From a virus (taxonomy: Duplodnaviria; Heunggongvirae; Uroviricota; Caudoviricetes): 28,397 nucleotides of DNA. The position numbers were made by a program, and so were the translations under genes. The notes beneath the pieces are model-generated. The model was not told the DNA's origin, made no database searches, and saw nothing but the letters and a program-made list of their open reading frames with translations. The DNA is taken from IMG/VR virus record IMGVR_UViG_2663762992_000009; one strand, written 5' to 3'. Below, in pieces: positions 16,278 through 25,033 of this stretch; within the stretch, counting starts at the first letter, position 1; every line of letters starts with the position of its first letter.

Positions 16278-16781
16278 TTACAACAGATGGTCACTGGTCA
16301 TGTCTCTGATACTGCTGGCGGTAACTGCTTCGTAGCGTCTGTATTGCTTGTATGGCTTCATCACACTCCCGTTCAAAATCCGTAACAGGCGCACCAAGAA
16401 GTACCGCATTTGCCACTGCGGTTTTTTTAAAAACTGTGTAAGCAGATACTCGATGCTATGCCCTGCCGTGACCTGCTTATGCAGCTCCGGCGCGTGTATC
16501 CGGATTGCTTCAAGAACTGCGGGGATTAGCGCTGAAAACTTTTCGCGGTGCTCTGTCGTTTCGAGTTTTCGCCATCGCTGAAAAATGTTTATACGATTCC
16601 GGCGCCATGCTTCGTAATCCACCGTTCCGTCATCACGTTCTATACGGTGGACAGCAATATCTGGTCTCACTTGCTGTTCCAGAAAGGCGCGGGTGATCAA
16701 CTGTGTTGCACTTTCCTGACTCATTGCGGGTGTAGCCAGCCAGGATGACAGTGCTTTGTTGGCATCCTCAGGGGTGATCAT
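16278..16781 (-). CDS. YdaT-like protein (CII-analogue regulator / putative toxin family of Rac prophage)
   Basis: 167 aa; segment IFQRWRKLETTEHREKFSALIPAVLEAIRIHAPELHKQV resembles the conserved core of E. coli YdaT as I recall it; immediately downstream of the cro-like gene with an overlapping start; GAGGTG SD. Confidence 0.7.
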   Translation of the reverse strand: MITPEDANKALSSWLATPAMSQESATQLITRAFLEQQVRPDIAVHRIERDDGTVDYEAWRRNRINIFQRWRKLETTEHREKFSALIPAVLEAIRIHAPELHKQVTAGHSIEYLLTQFLKKPQWQMRYFLVRLLRILNGSVMKPYKQYRRYEAVTASSIRDMTSDHLL

Positions 16782-17043
16782 CGTTGTTCACCTCTCTCGC
16801 ATCCTTTAGTGGTAGATTTTGATGGCTAGGCAAAGCATCCGTTGGATTAGGGTAAAGAACTGAGTCGAGCTGATGCGGTGTAACTGCATACCCTACGGCC
16901 TCACAAAAAGGAATAATTCGTCGCGGTGGGAATTTTCCTGTTGTAACCCATAGACTTACGTTTTGCTGACTAGTTTTAAGACGTCGGGCGATCTCGGTCT
17001 GATTAGTGATGCCGAATAGTCGGCTCCTGGTTTTAAATTCCAT
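16768..17043 (-). CDS. Cro/YdaS-like HTH regulator
   Basis: Start at the ATG at 17043 with a GGAGGA SD; HTH segment QTEIARRLKTSQQNVSLWV; divergent from the CI-like repressor across an operator-containing intergenic region. Confidence 0.75.
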   Translation of the reverse strand: MEFKTRSRLFGITNQTEIARRLKTSQQNVSLWVTTGKFPPRRIIPFCEAVGYAVTPHQLDSVLYPNPTDALPSHQNLPLKDAREVNNDDHP

Positions 17044-17061
17044 ATATCCTCCAAATGTCAC

Positions 17062-17140
17062 ACTTGTATAAATACAGCATGAACTTGTATTTTACAAATT
17101 TAAATTTGTGTGACGCTAACAAAATTTACTTGTAAAATAT
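17062..17140. promoter_or_regulatory. right operator/promoter region (OR-like), three ACTTGTA-containing palindromic sites
   Basis: ACTTGTA at 17062, 17083 and 17128; palindromes TTGTA-TTT-TACAA (17085-17097) and TTTAC-TT-GTAAA; located between the divergent cro-like and cI-like starts. Confidence 0.55.
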
Positions 17141-17145
17141 GAGGT

Positions 17146-17580
17146 ATGAAAAAAAACAACGAATCAGCTCAATACGAGACTTCAGCCAGAAGGATCAAAC
17201 AGGTCCTGTATGAATTAGGCTGGAACCAAAGTCGCCTGGCTAAAGAAATTGGGGTTTCAGCTCAGGCGGTACAACAATGGGCAAAAGGTACTTCTCGACC
17301 GAATGGCCCTAATCTAACTCGACTTTCTGAAGTCACAAGCAAACCTGAAGCATGGTTTTTCAGTGATGTCAGCGGGTTATCTGAGAGTCATGCAGTACAT
17401 TTACCAGAAAGTAATGGTTCAGACTTTCTCCCGCTTAGCGATGAAGAGATCAGACTGCTAACTGTCTTCAGGAAATTTCCTTCTGTAGAGAGTAAAAACA
17501 TGCTGTTAGCGTTTGAGATGAGACTTCAGGAGATAAAAGAATACTATTCCAAATACGCTAATCCCAATAAAAACCGATAG
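17146..17580 (+). CDS. CI-like prophage repressor, HTH_XRE type, short form without a LexA-like peptidase S24 domain
   Basis: 144 aa; N-terminal HTH (NQSRLAKEIGVSAQAVQQWAKG); the C-terminal ~60 aa is too short for an S24 domain; divergently arranged to the cro-like gene. Confidence 0.8.
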   Translation: MKKNNESAQYETSARRIKQVLYELGWNQSRLAKEIGVSAQAVQQWAKGTSRPNGPNLTRLSEVTSKPEAWFFSDVSGLSESHAVHLPESNGSDFLPLSDEEIRLLTVFRKFPSVESKNMLLAFEMRLQEIKEYYSKYANPNKNR

Positions 17581-17608
17581 TCTCCTTCTTTCCTCCCCCA
17601 ACAATCAC

Positions 17609-17631
17609 AAGCCTGCTTGAAATGCAGGCTT
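17609..17631 (+). terminator. possible terminator hairpin after the repressor gene
   Basis: AAGCCTGC / GCAGGCTT with a 7-nt loop, followed by a short T tract (TGTT); the U-tail is weak. Confidence 0.3.
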
Positions 17632-17648
17632 GTTACACCTCGCATAAT

Positions 17649-17746
17649 AAAACACTTAAATTTCATACAATTAAAAATTTTTAGTGATTTTCTCACTTTA
17701 AACACTTGTATTTATCAAATCCATTTTGTAGATTGATTGTACAAAT
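17649..17746. promoter_or_regulatory. left operator/promoter region (OL-like)
   Basis: Sites related to the OR repeats: acacttaaatttca (17651-), acacttgtatttatc (17702-), and the palindrome TTGTACAA (17738-17745). Confidence 0.45.
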
Positions 17747-17816
17747 CCTCTAGCAACACATGCGCGACAGGTAAACGTTCCGCCGACGGGCGTAAAACAA
17801 AGATGAGGACGACAGA

Positions 17817-18005
17817 GTGGACAAGACTGAACTGAAACACATTATCGCCCTGCTCCTGGAAGATGCAAAACGTCTTCAGCAGGTTGAACCAAATGCAGGC
17901 ACTGAGGCCCGCATATGGTTGGCTAATAAAACACTTAATTCATTCAGAGAGTTAAGCGGTTTTGCAAGAGGGTCAGGTATCTCTACCGAACACCAACTTT
18001 CTTAG
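17817..18005 (+). CDS. small hypothetical protein, first ORF of the early-left operon
   Basis: GTG start with GAGGA 7 nt upstream; 62 aa; overlaps the 3' end of a convergent minus-strand ORF, so one of the two may be spurious. Confidence 0.35.
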   Translation: MDKTELKHIIALLLEDAKRLQQVEPNAGTEARIWLANKTLNSFRELSGFARGSGISTEHQLS

Positions 18006-18171
18006 CTAGCGCCTCCATAATAATAGAATGTCGTTCGCTAAGAATGCCGATTGCCGCCCCGCAAAGTGCACACTGAACGAAGTGAATAATGTGACTGCAA
18101 TTTTTCACTGAGGAATTGGTTTTTAACTCAAAAGAAGTTGATGGGCATTTTGGACAGGTTGTTACAGCCAT
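17983..18171 (-). CDS. small zinc-ribbon protein (CxxC ... CxxC), Ogr/Delta-like architecture
   Basis: ATG at 18171 with a strong SD (GGAGGG, 6-nt spacing); Cys pairs CPKC and CALC separated by about 25 residues. Confidence 0.5.
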   Translation of the reverse strand: MAVTTCPKCPSTSFELKTNSSVKNCSHIIHFVQCALCGAAIGILSERHSIIMEALAKKVGVR

Positions 18172-18302
18172 ATTTTACCCTCCACGGGGTCGATGTTGGT
18201 GGAGTTCCCGACGGACGAGGTCGGGAATGTGCGCCGGACACAGGTATAAATCCGGCATACGAAATTCGTATCACATGCAGGATATGTATTTAAACACGAG
18301 CA

Positions 18303-18383
18303 CATAACCGAAAACGCACTACGCAGAACCTTCCTTGTCGGGTCTGTCGTTAAATTTACTGCGATAGTGCGTTTCCGGTTATG
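18303..18383. repeat. long imperfect inverted repeat (about 24-bp arms, 32-nt spacer)
   Basis: cataaccgaaaacgcactacgcag (18303-18326) is nearly complementary to ctgcgatagtgcgtttccggttatg (18359-18383). Confidence 0.6.
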
Positions 18384-18648
18384 AGTGAAAATCATAACAG
18401 TGCTGTGTGTAGTCTTTGACGGTATCCGTTAACAAAGTTTTCCTGGCTGATACCGTCCTTTTTCAGAATGAATTTTATAGTGTGGTGAATGCGGCTCAGC
18501 GCACGTGACACAGTTAAAAACATGTCAGTCCTTCATCTGTTGATGGGTGGGAATGTTCGTCGGCAGTAATGGTTAGCTGTTTACTGTCACCGGGAGGCAC
18601 CCGGCACCACACTCCAAAATTCATTGTGTTACCAGAATGGAGACAACT

Positions 18649-18939
18649 ATGCCAGTTACACCTGAAATAAAACAAAACTCAGACTGGATGCGGCGCAACA
18701 AATCTGAACAAACCGCCCCTGCCTGTAAGCCTGGTATTATTCAGAAAATATTAAGTACGCTGAACCAGAAAGGTGACCCCACCCTTATTCCTTGCGCTTA
18801 TTGTGGCAAAGCCATCAACAAAAGTGAAATCGTGGAGCATGAACTTATTTATATAAACGGAAGTCAGCTCGCAAGAAAAACGAATCTATATTGCAGTAAA
18901 CGATGTGCCGAATATGACCAGATGGCACATGAATCTTAA
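18649..18939 (+). CDS. small Cys-rich hypothetical protein (zinc-binding-like)
   Basis: ATG at 18649 with a GGAG SD (6-nt spacing); motifs CAYCGK and CSKRC. Confidence 0.5.
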   Translation: MPVTPEIKQNSDWMRRNKSEQTAPACKPGIIQKILSTLNQKGDPTLIPCAYCGKAINKSEIVEHELIYINGSQLARKTNLYCSKRCAEYDQMAHES

Positions 18940-19022
18940 TAGCTGAAAGTTTAACACTGCATTAACCCTGAAACTATGCCTGCAATGGCAGGATATCACT
19001 CACCCTGAAAAGAGAATATAAA

Positions 19023-19355
19023 ATGAGAAAGACACCGAGCGAATCAGTAATTAATGAACTCAACAAACGAGCAAAGGAAATTCTTGAACTGTGTGAGAAA
19101 AACGATATTCCGGTTGTTTTTTGTTACTCATTCGAATTAAGCCGGAATGAAAATGGATATTTAAACAACAAATCCATTACAGCTTATATCAATAAAGAGA
19201 AAGGAGCATGGGATTCAACAATAGCCGCAGCCAGCATGATCCTGCGGATGAAAGAGGTTCCTGAGATAGCTATCCATGCAATGGCTGAAATGGCTGCGAT
19301 TTGTGACATCACACGGACTGCATCCGGTACTTCAGATGAAAAAAGCCTGCACTAA
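19023..19355 (+). CDS. hypothetical protein (110 aa)
   Basis: ORF in operon orientation upstream of the recE-like gene; no family recognised. Confidence 0.45.
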   Translation: MRKTPSESVINELNKRAKEILELCEKNDIPVVFCYSFELSRNENGYLNNKSITAYINKEKGAWDSTIAAASMILRMKEVPEIAIHAMAEMAAICDITRTASGTSDEKSLH

Positions 19356-19491
19356 GGCAGGCATTTTCCCGGTTTTTACATCCCGGCGATGCTGAGGTGG
19401 GCGACCAAACCCACCGACAGAGACATGACCAATGAGCACCAGAGGTGATCACCGATCGCCTCATTCTAAACAGAAGTGAGGTTAAAAAACA

Positions 19492-22400
19492 ATGAGTGAT
19501 AAGAAAGAAGATTTCGCGCTGTACTGCCCTGTTAAAAATGAAGAGGCCAGGAAACGACTTGGAATAAAAGCAGGCTTTTTCTGGGCAACTGCAAAAAAAT
19601 TATCTGTGGCTGTTTCCCGCTGTATTGCTGCTATGGACGATAAGGGGTATGACGAGGATGACTTTAAAAAACCTGTTCGCGTCAATTACCCCGTCGTTAA
19701 CGACCTGCCTCCTGAAGGCGTGTTTGATACTGAATTCTGCAACCGTTACGAAAAAGGCGGTCAGGGTGGTATCACAATGGTACTTATCCCCGGCGCTGTT
19801 CCCGCCGATCCAATGCACGGCGAAGTCGGCAGGGATATTACTGGCAGCGGCAACGCAGACGCAGACGCAGACGCAGGCACAGACGCAGATAATGCTACGG
19901 ACAATACCGAAAGTACGCTCCTCCCCGCTTACGCTTATAACGTCAACGGCGAACTGATGTCGGAAGTGGAAAAGGAAATGTCGCAGCCTGTTTCAGGACT
20001 AAGTCTGCCACTTCGTTTCCTGGCGCAATTTAATAACGACTGTCCACAACATCAGGTCACACCAGAGCGTTTACGGGAGTTAAACCTTACAGAGCAGGAT
20101 CCCGACAGTCGTACCGGAACTATTTTACTCGCCATCCAGAACAGAAAGGAACAGCTCGAAAAACTGGACACAAAAAACCTGCATCCTTTGGCGACGTACA
20201 TTGAAAAAGTATTTCCCTGCGGAAAACGACCACAACTCAATGATGTCATTAATTTTATCGATGCCGTACTTAATACAGACTATGTCGATCGCGGACTGCT
20301 CGTTAAGGAATGGTGCGAAGGTCGTCGAGCCGCGTGCGTAGAGCATGTAACAGCACCAGAAACCAGGCGTGATAATACTGTGTCAGCGCAGACGGAAACG
20401 AAGACTACTGTCACTGAACGTCCGCGTCGTAGCGAAAAAACAACGCACCGGACGATTAATTATGAAATTGGCTGTGGCTTATATGACGGCGAGCTGGATC
20501 TTCATAACCTGAGGGAACCGCTGGATTTTGCGAAACGCATTATGGCGAAAGACCGGGAAGACTGGAAAGTATGGTCAGACACAATCAACTGCATCCCTGG
20601 CATCCTGAATTATGACCGCCAGACCATTATCGAGATGGTACGAAAAGCCCCCACCCCGACTTATCACAGTGCTGCACTGCGCCGCGAGTGGTGTGATTCT
20701 TATCTGCGAGCCTGGGGACGGCTCGATCCCGACTGGAGCCAGAGCGCCGCTGTCAAAACAGCAGAGTCACATGAAGATGTCTGTGCTGATATCAGGAAGG
20801 CCGGAAAGCGCCTGCGTGAAATTGAATCAGGAGTTGGGATCAATGAAGAAAAACAGACGACACAGGGAGAACTGGCAGATGAACCGTCAGCGCCTGAATC
20901 AGTGGAACCGGCTTCAGCTGAACATCAGCAGAATACGCAGCCGCTGGATGCTGAGGCATCTGTAAACACCACTAAAACGGAATTCGATGTATTTGCTCTA
21001 ATGCAGAACTCATCTGTTTATGGCAGCAAAAACACACAGGAGACGACCAGCAATGTGCAGGTTCAGGACGCTGAAAAGGATGAAAAACAGGCTGGTACTG
21101 AAGTTCAGTCAGGCGAAAGCAGTCTGGGAACTGGTGAAGAGTCAGATACCAGACAGCAAGCCGATGTAAACCAGAATACGGATTCTGTCGCCCAAAATAG
21201 CGATTCTGTAAACCAAACTGAACCAGTTTTGGCACAAACCGAGCCAGAAGTGCAATCTGACGAACCGGCTGTTGTTTACCCCGCTTACTTCGAACCAGGC
21301 CGCTATGAGGGTCTGCCGAACGAGGTTTATCACGCAGCCAACGGTATCAGCTCGACAATGGTAAAAGATGCGCGGGTGAGCCTGATGTACTTCAATGCGC
21401 GCCACGTAGAGAAAACCATTATCAAAGAACGCTCTCCTGTACTGGATATCGGTAACCTGGTGCATGCACTGGCGTTGCAGCCAGATCAACTCGATGAAGA
21501 ATTCAGCATTGAACCCGTAATTCCGGAAGGTGCATTTACCACCACGGCAACGATCCGCGCGTTTATTGATGAGCACAACGCCAGCCTGACAGCGATGCTG
21601 TCAGCCGACGACATCAAAGCACTGTTAGAAGAGTACAACGCCACCCTTCCTGCTCAGGTTCAGTTAGGTGGTTCCGTGGAGGAAACTGGCCAGAGCTATA
21701 TGTCGCTGCCAGAAGAGTTCCAGCGTCTCGAAGCGGACAAGAAGCAGACCGCAGCGGCAATGAAAGCCTGCATCAAGGAATACAACACCACACTGCCTGC
21801 ACAAGTGAAAATCAGCGGTAGCCGTGATGCGTTACTCGAGCAGTTAGCAATCATCAATCCTGACCTGGTGGCGCAGGAAGCGCAGAAGCCCGCGCAGTTG
21901 AAAGTGTCCGGCACCAAAGCGGATCTGATTCAGGCCGTGAAGTCTGTTAATCCTGATGCCATCTTCGCCGACGAACTGCTGGATGCGTGGCGCGAAAATA
22001 CGCAAGGGAAAGTGCTGGTCACCCGCCAGCAACTGAGCACTGCACTGAGCATTCAGAAAGCCCTGCTCGAGCACCCTACAGCGGGCAAGCTACTGACACA
22101 CCCGAGCCGCGCCGTTGAGGTGAGCTACTTCGGTTTTGACGACGAAACCGGTCTGGAAGTCCGCGTTCGTCCCGACCTTGAGATCGATCTTGACGGGGTG
22201 CGCATCGGCGCCGACCTGAAAACCATCAGCATGTGGAACATTAAACAGGAAGGTCTGCGCGCCAAACTGCACCGCGAAATCATCGACCGTGACTACCACC
22301 TGAGTGCTGCCATGTATTGCGAGACCGCAGCGCTTGACCAGTTCTTCTGGATTTTCGTCAACAAAGACGAGAACTACCACTGGATCGCCATCATCGAGGC

Positions 22401-22596
22401 ATCCGCCGAACTTCTGGAACTGGGCATGCTGGAGTACCGCAAGGCAATGCGCGCCATCGCTACCGGCTTTGACACTGGCGAGTGGCCAGCGCCGATCACC
22501 TCCGGTAACTCCGATGAAATAGCCGACTACACCGACGAACTGAACGATTTCGACACACGCCGCCTTGAAGCGCTGCGTACGGCACAAGGGGAATGA
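19492..22596 (+). CDS. recE: RecE-like exonuclease VIII (C-terminal PD-(D/E)XK nuclease domain, long disordered N-terminal/central region)
   Basis: 1034 aa; C-terminal region carries the catalytic-type pattern RPDLEIDLDGVRIGADLKT; large acidic, low-complexity central region; followed by a translationally coupled annealing-protein-like gene; position matches Rac-type recE-recT order. Confidence 0.75.
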   Translation: MSDKKEDFALYCPVKNEEARKRLGIKAGFFWATAKKLSVAVSRCIAAMDDKGYDEDDFKKPVRVNYPVVNDLPPEGVFDTEFCNRYEKGGQGGITMVLIPGAVPADPMHGEVGRDITGSGNADADADAGTDADNATDNTESTLLPAYAYNVNGELMSEVEKEMSQPVSGLSLPLRFLAQFNNDCPQHQVTPERLRELNLTEQDPDSRTGTILLAIQNRKEQLEKLDTKNLHPLATYIEKVFPCGKRPQLNDVINFIDAVLNTDYVDRGLLVKEWCEGRRAACVEHVTAPETRRDNTVSAQTETKTTVTERPRRSEKTTHRTINYEIGCGLYDGELDLHNLREPLDFAKRIMAKDREDWKVWSDTINCIPGILNYDRQTIIEMVRKAPTPTYHSAALRREWCDSYLRAWGRLDPDWSQSAAVKTAESHEDVCADIRKAGKRLREIESGVGINEEKQTTQGELADEPSAPESVEPASAEHQQNTQPLDAEASVNTTKTEFDVFALMQNSSVYGSKNTQETTSNVQVQDAEKDEKQAGTEVQSGESSLGTGEESDTRQQADVNQNTDSVAQNSDSVNQTEPVLAQTEPEVQSDEPAVVYPAYFEPGRYEGLPNEVYHAANGISSTMVKDARVSLMYFNARHVEKTIIKERSPVLDIGNLVHALALQPDQLDEEFSIEPVIPEGAFTTTATIRAFIDEHNASLTAMLSADDIKALLEEYNATLPAQVQLGGSVEETGQSYMSLPEEFQRLEADKKQTAAAMKACIKEYNTTLPAQVKISGSRDALLEQLAIINPDLVAQEAQKPAQLKVSGTKADLIQAVKSVNPDAIFADELLDAWRENTQGKVLVTRQQLSTALSIQKALLEHPTAGKLLTHPSRAVEVSYFGFDDETGLEVRVRPDLEIDLDGVRIGADLKTISMWNIKQEGLRAKLHREIIDRDYHLSAAMYCETAALDQFFWIFVNKDENYHWIAIIEASAELLELGMLEYRKAMRAIATGFDTGEWPAPITSGNSDEIADYTDELNDFDTRRLEALRTAQGE
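19855..19890 (+). repeat. in-frame hexanucleotide tandem repeat (GCAGAC)n within the recE-like gene
   Basis: Six consecutive 6-nt units (gcagac x3, gcaggc, acagac, gcagat) encoding ADADADAGTDAD. Confidence 0.9.
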
Positions 22597-23648
22597 TGAT
22601 GGAAAAAAACAACGTAGCAGTAATTGAACATAACGAACCGAGCACGATGAATAACACATCCCTGCTTCTGAATATCGACGTCATGGATCGCATGATGAAG
22701 CTAGCAGAGGTGATGTCTCAGGGCGTCGCGACAGTACCGAAACATCTACAGGGAAGACCTTCTGATTGTCTGGCAATAATCATGCAGGCCGCTCGTTGGG
22801 GTATGGACCCATTTGTTGTAGGACAGAAAACACACCTGGTTAACGGGGCTCTGGGTTATGAAGCACAGCTTTACAACGCTTTAATCACCAGCTCCAAAGT
22901 TGTACACGGGCGCTTTAAATACGAGTACGGCGGTGAGTGGGAAAAAATTGTTGGCAAAAAAGACGGGCGTGATGAATCAGGTTTGTTTGTTCGTGTCGGA
23001 GCAGTTCTTCGAGGCGAGACAGAGGTGACCTGGGGAGAGCCAATTTACCTTGCTGATATTACTACGCGAAATTCCCCTTTGTGGAAAACCGCACCTAAAC
23101 AGCAAATAGGTTATTTGGCCGTTAAGTATTGGGCGAGGACTTACTGCCCTGAAGTCACAATGGGTGTTTATGACAGAGAAGATCTGGAACAACGAACAGA
23201 GCGCGAAATTAACCCTGCACCAATCCAACGAATGAGCGCTGCTGAAATCGCAGGTGACACCGTCACAACCACACAAAACACGCAGGAATCGTCAGTAAAT
23301 ATCGACTCACTGGCTGATGTTTTCCGCGAACGCATCAATGCTACGCAGGATGTAGACAGCGCCAAAGTAGTCCGGGCTGATATCGAAAGCGCGAAGGTCA
23401 CACTCGGTTCGGCTCTGTTCACCGAACTGAAAAACAAGGCAGTGAAGCGCTATTACCTGGTAGATCACCGCAACAAAGTTGAAGCCGCGATCAACTCCCT
23501 GCCGTCTCCGGACGAACCGAATGCAGCAGAACGGTTCGGAGAAGTTGAGCGAGCTCTTGCTGCGGCCAAACGTCACCTGGGTGACGAGCTGCACGATCAG
23601 TTCAGCATCACCCTGGCAGATATGAAACCGGAATACATCACTGCATAA
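22593..23648 (+). CDS. putative single-strand annealing protein partner of RecE (RecT/Red-beta superfamily, assigned mainly by synteny)
   Basis: Start overlaps the recE-like stop (ATGATGATGG, coupled translation); 351 aa with a globular N-terminal part and an acidic C-terminal tail; no specific motif identified by eye. Confidence 0.55.
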   Translation: MMMEKNNVAVIEHNEPSTMNNTSLLLNIDVMDRMMKLAEVMSQGVATVPKHLQGRPSDCLAIIMQAARWGMDPFVVGQKTHLVNGALGYEAQLYNALITSSKVVHGRFKYEYGGEWEKIVGKKDGRDESGLFVRVGAVLRGETEVTWGEPIYLADITTRNSPLWKTAPKQQIGYLAVKYWARTYCPEVTMGVYDREDLEQRTEREINPAPIQRMSAAEIAGDTVTTTQNTQESSVNIDSLADVFRERINATQDVDSAKVVRADIESAKVTLGSALFTELKNKAVKRYYLVDHRNKVEAAINSLPSPDEPNAAERFGEVERALAAAKRHLGDELHDQFSITLADMKPEYITA

Positions 23649-23663
23649 CGGAGGTGGTTGAAT

Positions 23664-24002
23664 ATGCCCAGATCAAACCCACCACAAAAGCAGGAGGCAC
23701 TCATTCAGATAATCATCGAGGAAGTGAACCTGCGTGGTCGCCTGACCGTTAACCAGGCATCAGAGATGTTGTCGCTGCACCGTGGGACAACAGAAAAGTA
23801 CTTTCGGGAAGCGACAATACGCGGTGGCCTTATTCGTCATGGACGCTGCGGCCTGTTCCGCGACCAGCGGGCTGTGCTTGATTTTGACTTACAGCGATTT
23901 TCGTACAACTCAGGAAAGTCCCTGGTGGATTTGCCGCCGGATTTTCGGGGAAGCGCGGTAATGCGCCGGGTTATTGAAATCGTGGGGAGGATGCCAGTAT
24001 GA
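23664..24002 (+). CDS. hypothetical protein (113 aa)
   Basis: ATG at 23664 with a GGAGG SD (9-nt spacing); HTH-like stretch (LTVNQASEMLSLHRGTTEKYF). Confidence 0.5.
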   Translation: MPRSNPPQKQEALIQIIIEEVNLRGRLTVNQASEMLSLHRGTTEKYFREATIRGGLIRHGRCGLFRDQRAVLDFDLQRFSYNSGKSLVDLPPDFRGSAVMRRVIEIVGRMPV

Positions 24003-24382
24003 CAATCGATAAACAGGCGCTGCGCCAATTAGCAACTGATGCGCACGAGCTTGGCATCATCAAGCGTTACACGAAAGGCATCGAGGCCAATAAGCGATTC
24101 ATCGCCGCATTCAACCCGGCTACGGTGCTGGCGCTGCTGGATGAGCTGGAGAAAGATAACTGCTCAAACGTTCATTATGCTGACGCCGCCGAGATGGAAA
24201 TTGCAGCATTACGCCAGCGCATAGCAGAACTGCAAATTGCTCGAGACAAATGTTTCCTGAGCGGCCTGAAAACCGGCTGGGAATATGGCATTGCTGATGA
24301 TACGGAAGGGTATAACCGTGAAATCGCTGATGCACAGGCAGTAATCGACCGCGCCGCTGGCATTGGCGTGAAGGGGGAATGA
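23999..24382 (+). CDS. hypothetical protein, possibly Ead/Ea22-like (tentative)
   Basis: 127-aa ORF, start overlapping the upstream stop; coiled-coil-like centre; family assignment from memory is weak. Confidence 0.45.
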   Translation: MTIDKQALRQLATDAHELGIIKRYTKGIEANKRFIAAFNPATVLALLDELEKDNCSNVHYADAAEMEIAALRQRIAELQIARDKCFLSGLKTGWEYGIADDTEGYNREIADAQAVIDRAAGIGVKGE

Positions 24383-24383
24383 G

Positions 24384-24566
24384 ATGGAACTAGTCATGTG
24401 GATATTCAAGTGCATAGGCGTAACTATTTGCCTGTTATCAGGGATACTGGTTACCGCTCTACTGGTGGGATTCGTAGCTCAATATTCCTGGGAAAAAATA
24501 AGGGTAGCTCATTCCGTTGTTGAAATTCAACGCGCCGTAAAGGCCTACAAAAACAAGAAGGACTAA
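24384..24566 (+). CDS. small membrane protein (60 aa, one TM helix)
   Basis: Hydrophobic segment IGVTICLLSGILVTALLVGFVA; start adjacent to the upstream stop. Confidence 0.45.
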   Translation: MELVMWIFKCIGVTICLLSGILVTALLVGFVAQYSWEKIRVAHSVVEIQRAVKAYKNKKD

Positions 24567-24683
24567 CCCATGACCACTATTACCAAAAAACAGCGTGCAG
24601 AGTTGCGCATGAAGTTCGGCGGTCGTTGTGCTTAGATTGGTAGCGCATGTCTGGCAGCACCGACACAAACAGAAGGATAACCG

Positions 24684-24941
24684 ATGTTCTGCCTGATTCA
24701 GCGTGGACAAATTTATACAGATTTTGACGGCTATCCTGTGACGATTTACCGCTGTGACGCCGACAGGATTGTGTATCGCCGTAATGACAGCCAAATCCGT
24801 TCGGTTTCCACTGGTGAATTTAATGCGAAATTCGAGCGTATTGAATATCAGGAATATGCGCAGATAAAAGCCGAAATGGCCCGGGAGGAAAATATCCGAA
24901 ATTTACGCAATCAGGCCAGAGAAAATAAAGCAGCAGGATAA
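24684..24941 (+). CDS. DUF4222-like small phage protein (tentative)
   Basis: 85 aa; pattern G.IY.D.DGYPVTIYR ... RIVYRR fits the DUF4222 profile as I recall it. Confidence 0.5.
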   Translation: MFCLIQRGQIYTDFDGYPVTIYRCDADRIVYRRNDSQIRSVSTGEFNAKFERIEYQEYAQIKAEMAREENIRNLRNQARENKAAG

Positions 24942-25033
24942 ACGCTGATATTGCCAGACAGTAAATAGAGGTAGAACGCTTAAAAACACCGCTCACGCGG
25001 CGGGATTCGTGCAGCCTGAAAACGGAGGACATT

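Noticed and set aside
19855-19890. Tandem repeat considered as a possible CRISPR-like or intergenic repeat array
   Set aside because: Units are only 6 nt, contiguous with no spacers, and lie in-frame within a coding sequence; this is a coding microsatellite. No CRISPR array was seen anywhere in the window.
20052-22659. Multiple minus-strand ORFs inside the recE-like gene (for example 21142-21576, 22090-22659)
   Set aside because: Antisense shadows of a long, well-supported plus-strand coding region.
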